Origin: an uncultured Chloroflexia bacterium
GTDB taxonomy: Bacteria; Chloroflexota; Limnocylindria; Limnocylindrales; CSP1-4
Direction of reading: 5' to 3'
NCBI GenBank assembly: GCA_963828165.1
Contig: CAWHDR010000001.1
Span: 320,001-384,000 of the forward strand
Length of the DNA stretch: 64,000 bases
Part shown: piece by piece, positions 63,345-64,000 of the stretch
Layout of the letters: each line of letters begins with the position of its first letter
How positions within the stretch are numbered: the first letter of the stretch is position 1
Notes under the pieces: model-generated
What the model was told of the DNA's origin: nothing
What the model saw: only the letters and a program-made list of their open reading frames with translations
The model's database searches: none
Made by a program: the position numbers and the translations under genes

Positions 63345-64000
63345 GTGAAGCTCGGCCTGCAGATCCCGTCGTTCACGTGGCCCGGCGGACCGGAGGCCAT
63401 CGGCCCCACCCTGGGGCGCATCGTGCGCGACGCGGACGACGCCGGATTCGACTCGATCTGGGTGATGGACCACTTCTTCCAGATCCGCAGCGTGGGGGCC
63501 ATCGATGAGCCCATGCTCGAGGGCTGGACGACGCTCGGGTTCATGGCCGCGCACTCCAGCCGTGCCCGGCTCGGGCTGATGGTCGGCGGTGTCCACTACC
63601 GGGACCCGGGGCTCTGGATCAAGGCGGCGACCACGCTGGACGTACTGTCCGGCGGCCGGGCGTGGTTCGGGATCGGCGCGGCCTGGAACGAGGTGGAATC
63701 GCGGGCACTGGGCTTCCGGTTCCCGCCGCTCGGCGAGCGCTTCGAGCTGCTCGAGGACACCTTGCGCATGGCCCACGGCATGTGGTCGGGCGAGCGCGGG
63801 TCGGAGGCGGTGCTCGAAGGGCACCACCTGCGTGCGGCGCGGCTCCTGAACTCCCCCCAGTCCATCTCGCGGCCGCGCGTCCCGATCATGATCGGCGGAG
63901 GCGGCGAGAAGAAGACCCTACGACTCGTGGCGCAGTACGGCGATGCGTGCAACGTCTTCGGGTCGCCCGAAGGGATCGCGCGCAAATACCGGATCCTCGA
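63345..64000 (+). CDS. LLM class F420-dependent oxidoreductase (Rv1855c-like); 3' end outside window
   Basis: Hand translation from GTG 63345: KLGLQIPSFTWPGG, SIWVMDHFFQI, PMLEGWTTLGF, TTLDVLSGGR, PIMIGGGGEKKTLRLVA. TAGGCT -10. Confidence 0.9.
   Translation, partial: MKLGLQIPSFTWPGGPEAIGPTLGRIVRDADDAGFDSIWVMDHFFQIRSVGAIDEPMLEGWTTLGFMAAHSSRARLGLMVGGVHYRDPGLWIKAATTLDVLSGGRAWFGIGAAWNEVESRALGFRFPPLGERFELLEDTLRMAHGMWSGERGSEAVLEGHHLRAARLLNSPQSISRPRVPIMIGGGGEKKTLRLVAQYGDACNVFGSPEGIARKYRIL

Noticed and set aside
1-64000. tRNA, rRNA, prophage, integrase or IS elements
   Set aside because: No cloverleaf or T-loop context, rRNA-like tract, or recombinase/transposase motifs seen. The only Tyr-nucleophile enzyme is topoisomerase IB.

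Overview
High-GC (about 70% by eye) bacterial chromosomal segment with no rRNA, tRNA, CRISPR array, integrase or transposase visible. The gene content includes two class A PBPs, DUF3090/SCO1664 genes, UvrD2, a TM0106 nuclease-helicase, homodimeric AceE, cofD-cofC-cofE and several F420-type LLM/PPOX enzymes. This fits a soil or freshwater Chloroflexota (Limnocylindria-like) or actinobacterium-like genome (inference). Many core genes look leaderless, with TANNNT 6-7 nt before the start codon. The 31.8-46.3 kb stretch looks like a general-stress/desiccation island: many small SD-led proteins, three orphan histidine kinases (one degenerate) and a type IB topoisomerase. Several genes carry single-base frameshifts, most likely long-read consensus errors. 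The best candidate for an undescribed system is a cassette between DUF3090 and SCO1664: an ~160-nt multi-hairpin leader RNA followed by an apparently catalytically dead BtrH/C39-like protein with a basic N-terminal helix. Other candidates are a rod-shaped ncRNA at ~33.54-33.73 kb, a DHp-intact pseudo-kinase, and a small zinc-ribbon gene with a long leader behind uvrD2. All calls come from reading motifs by eye; no searches were run.
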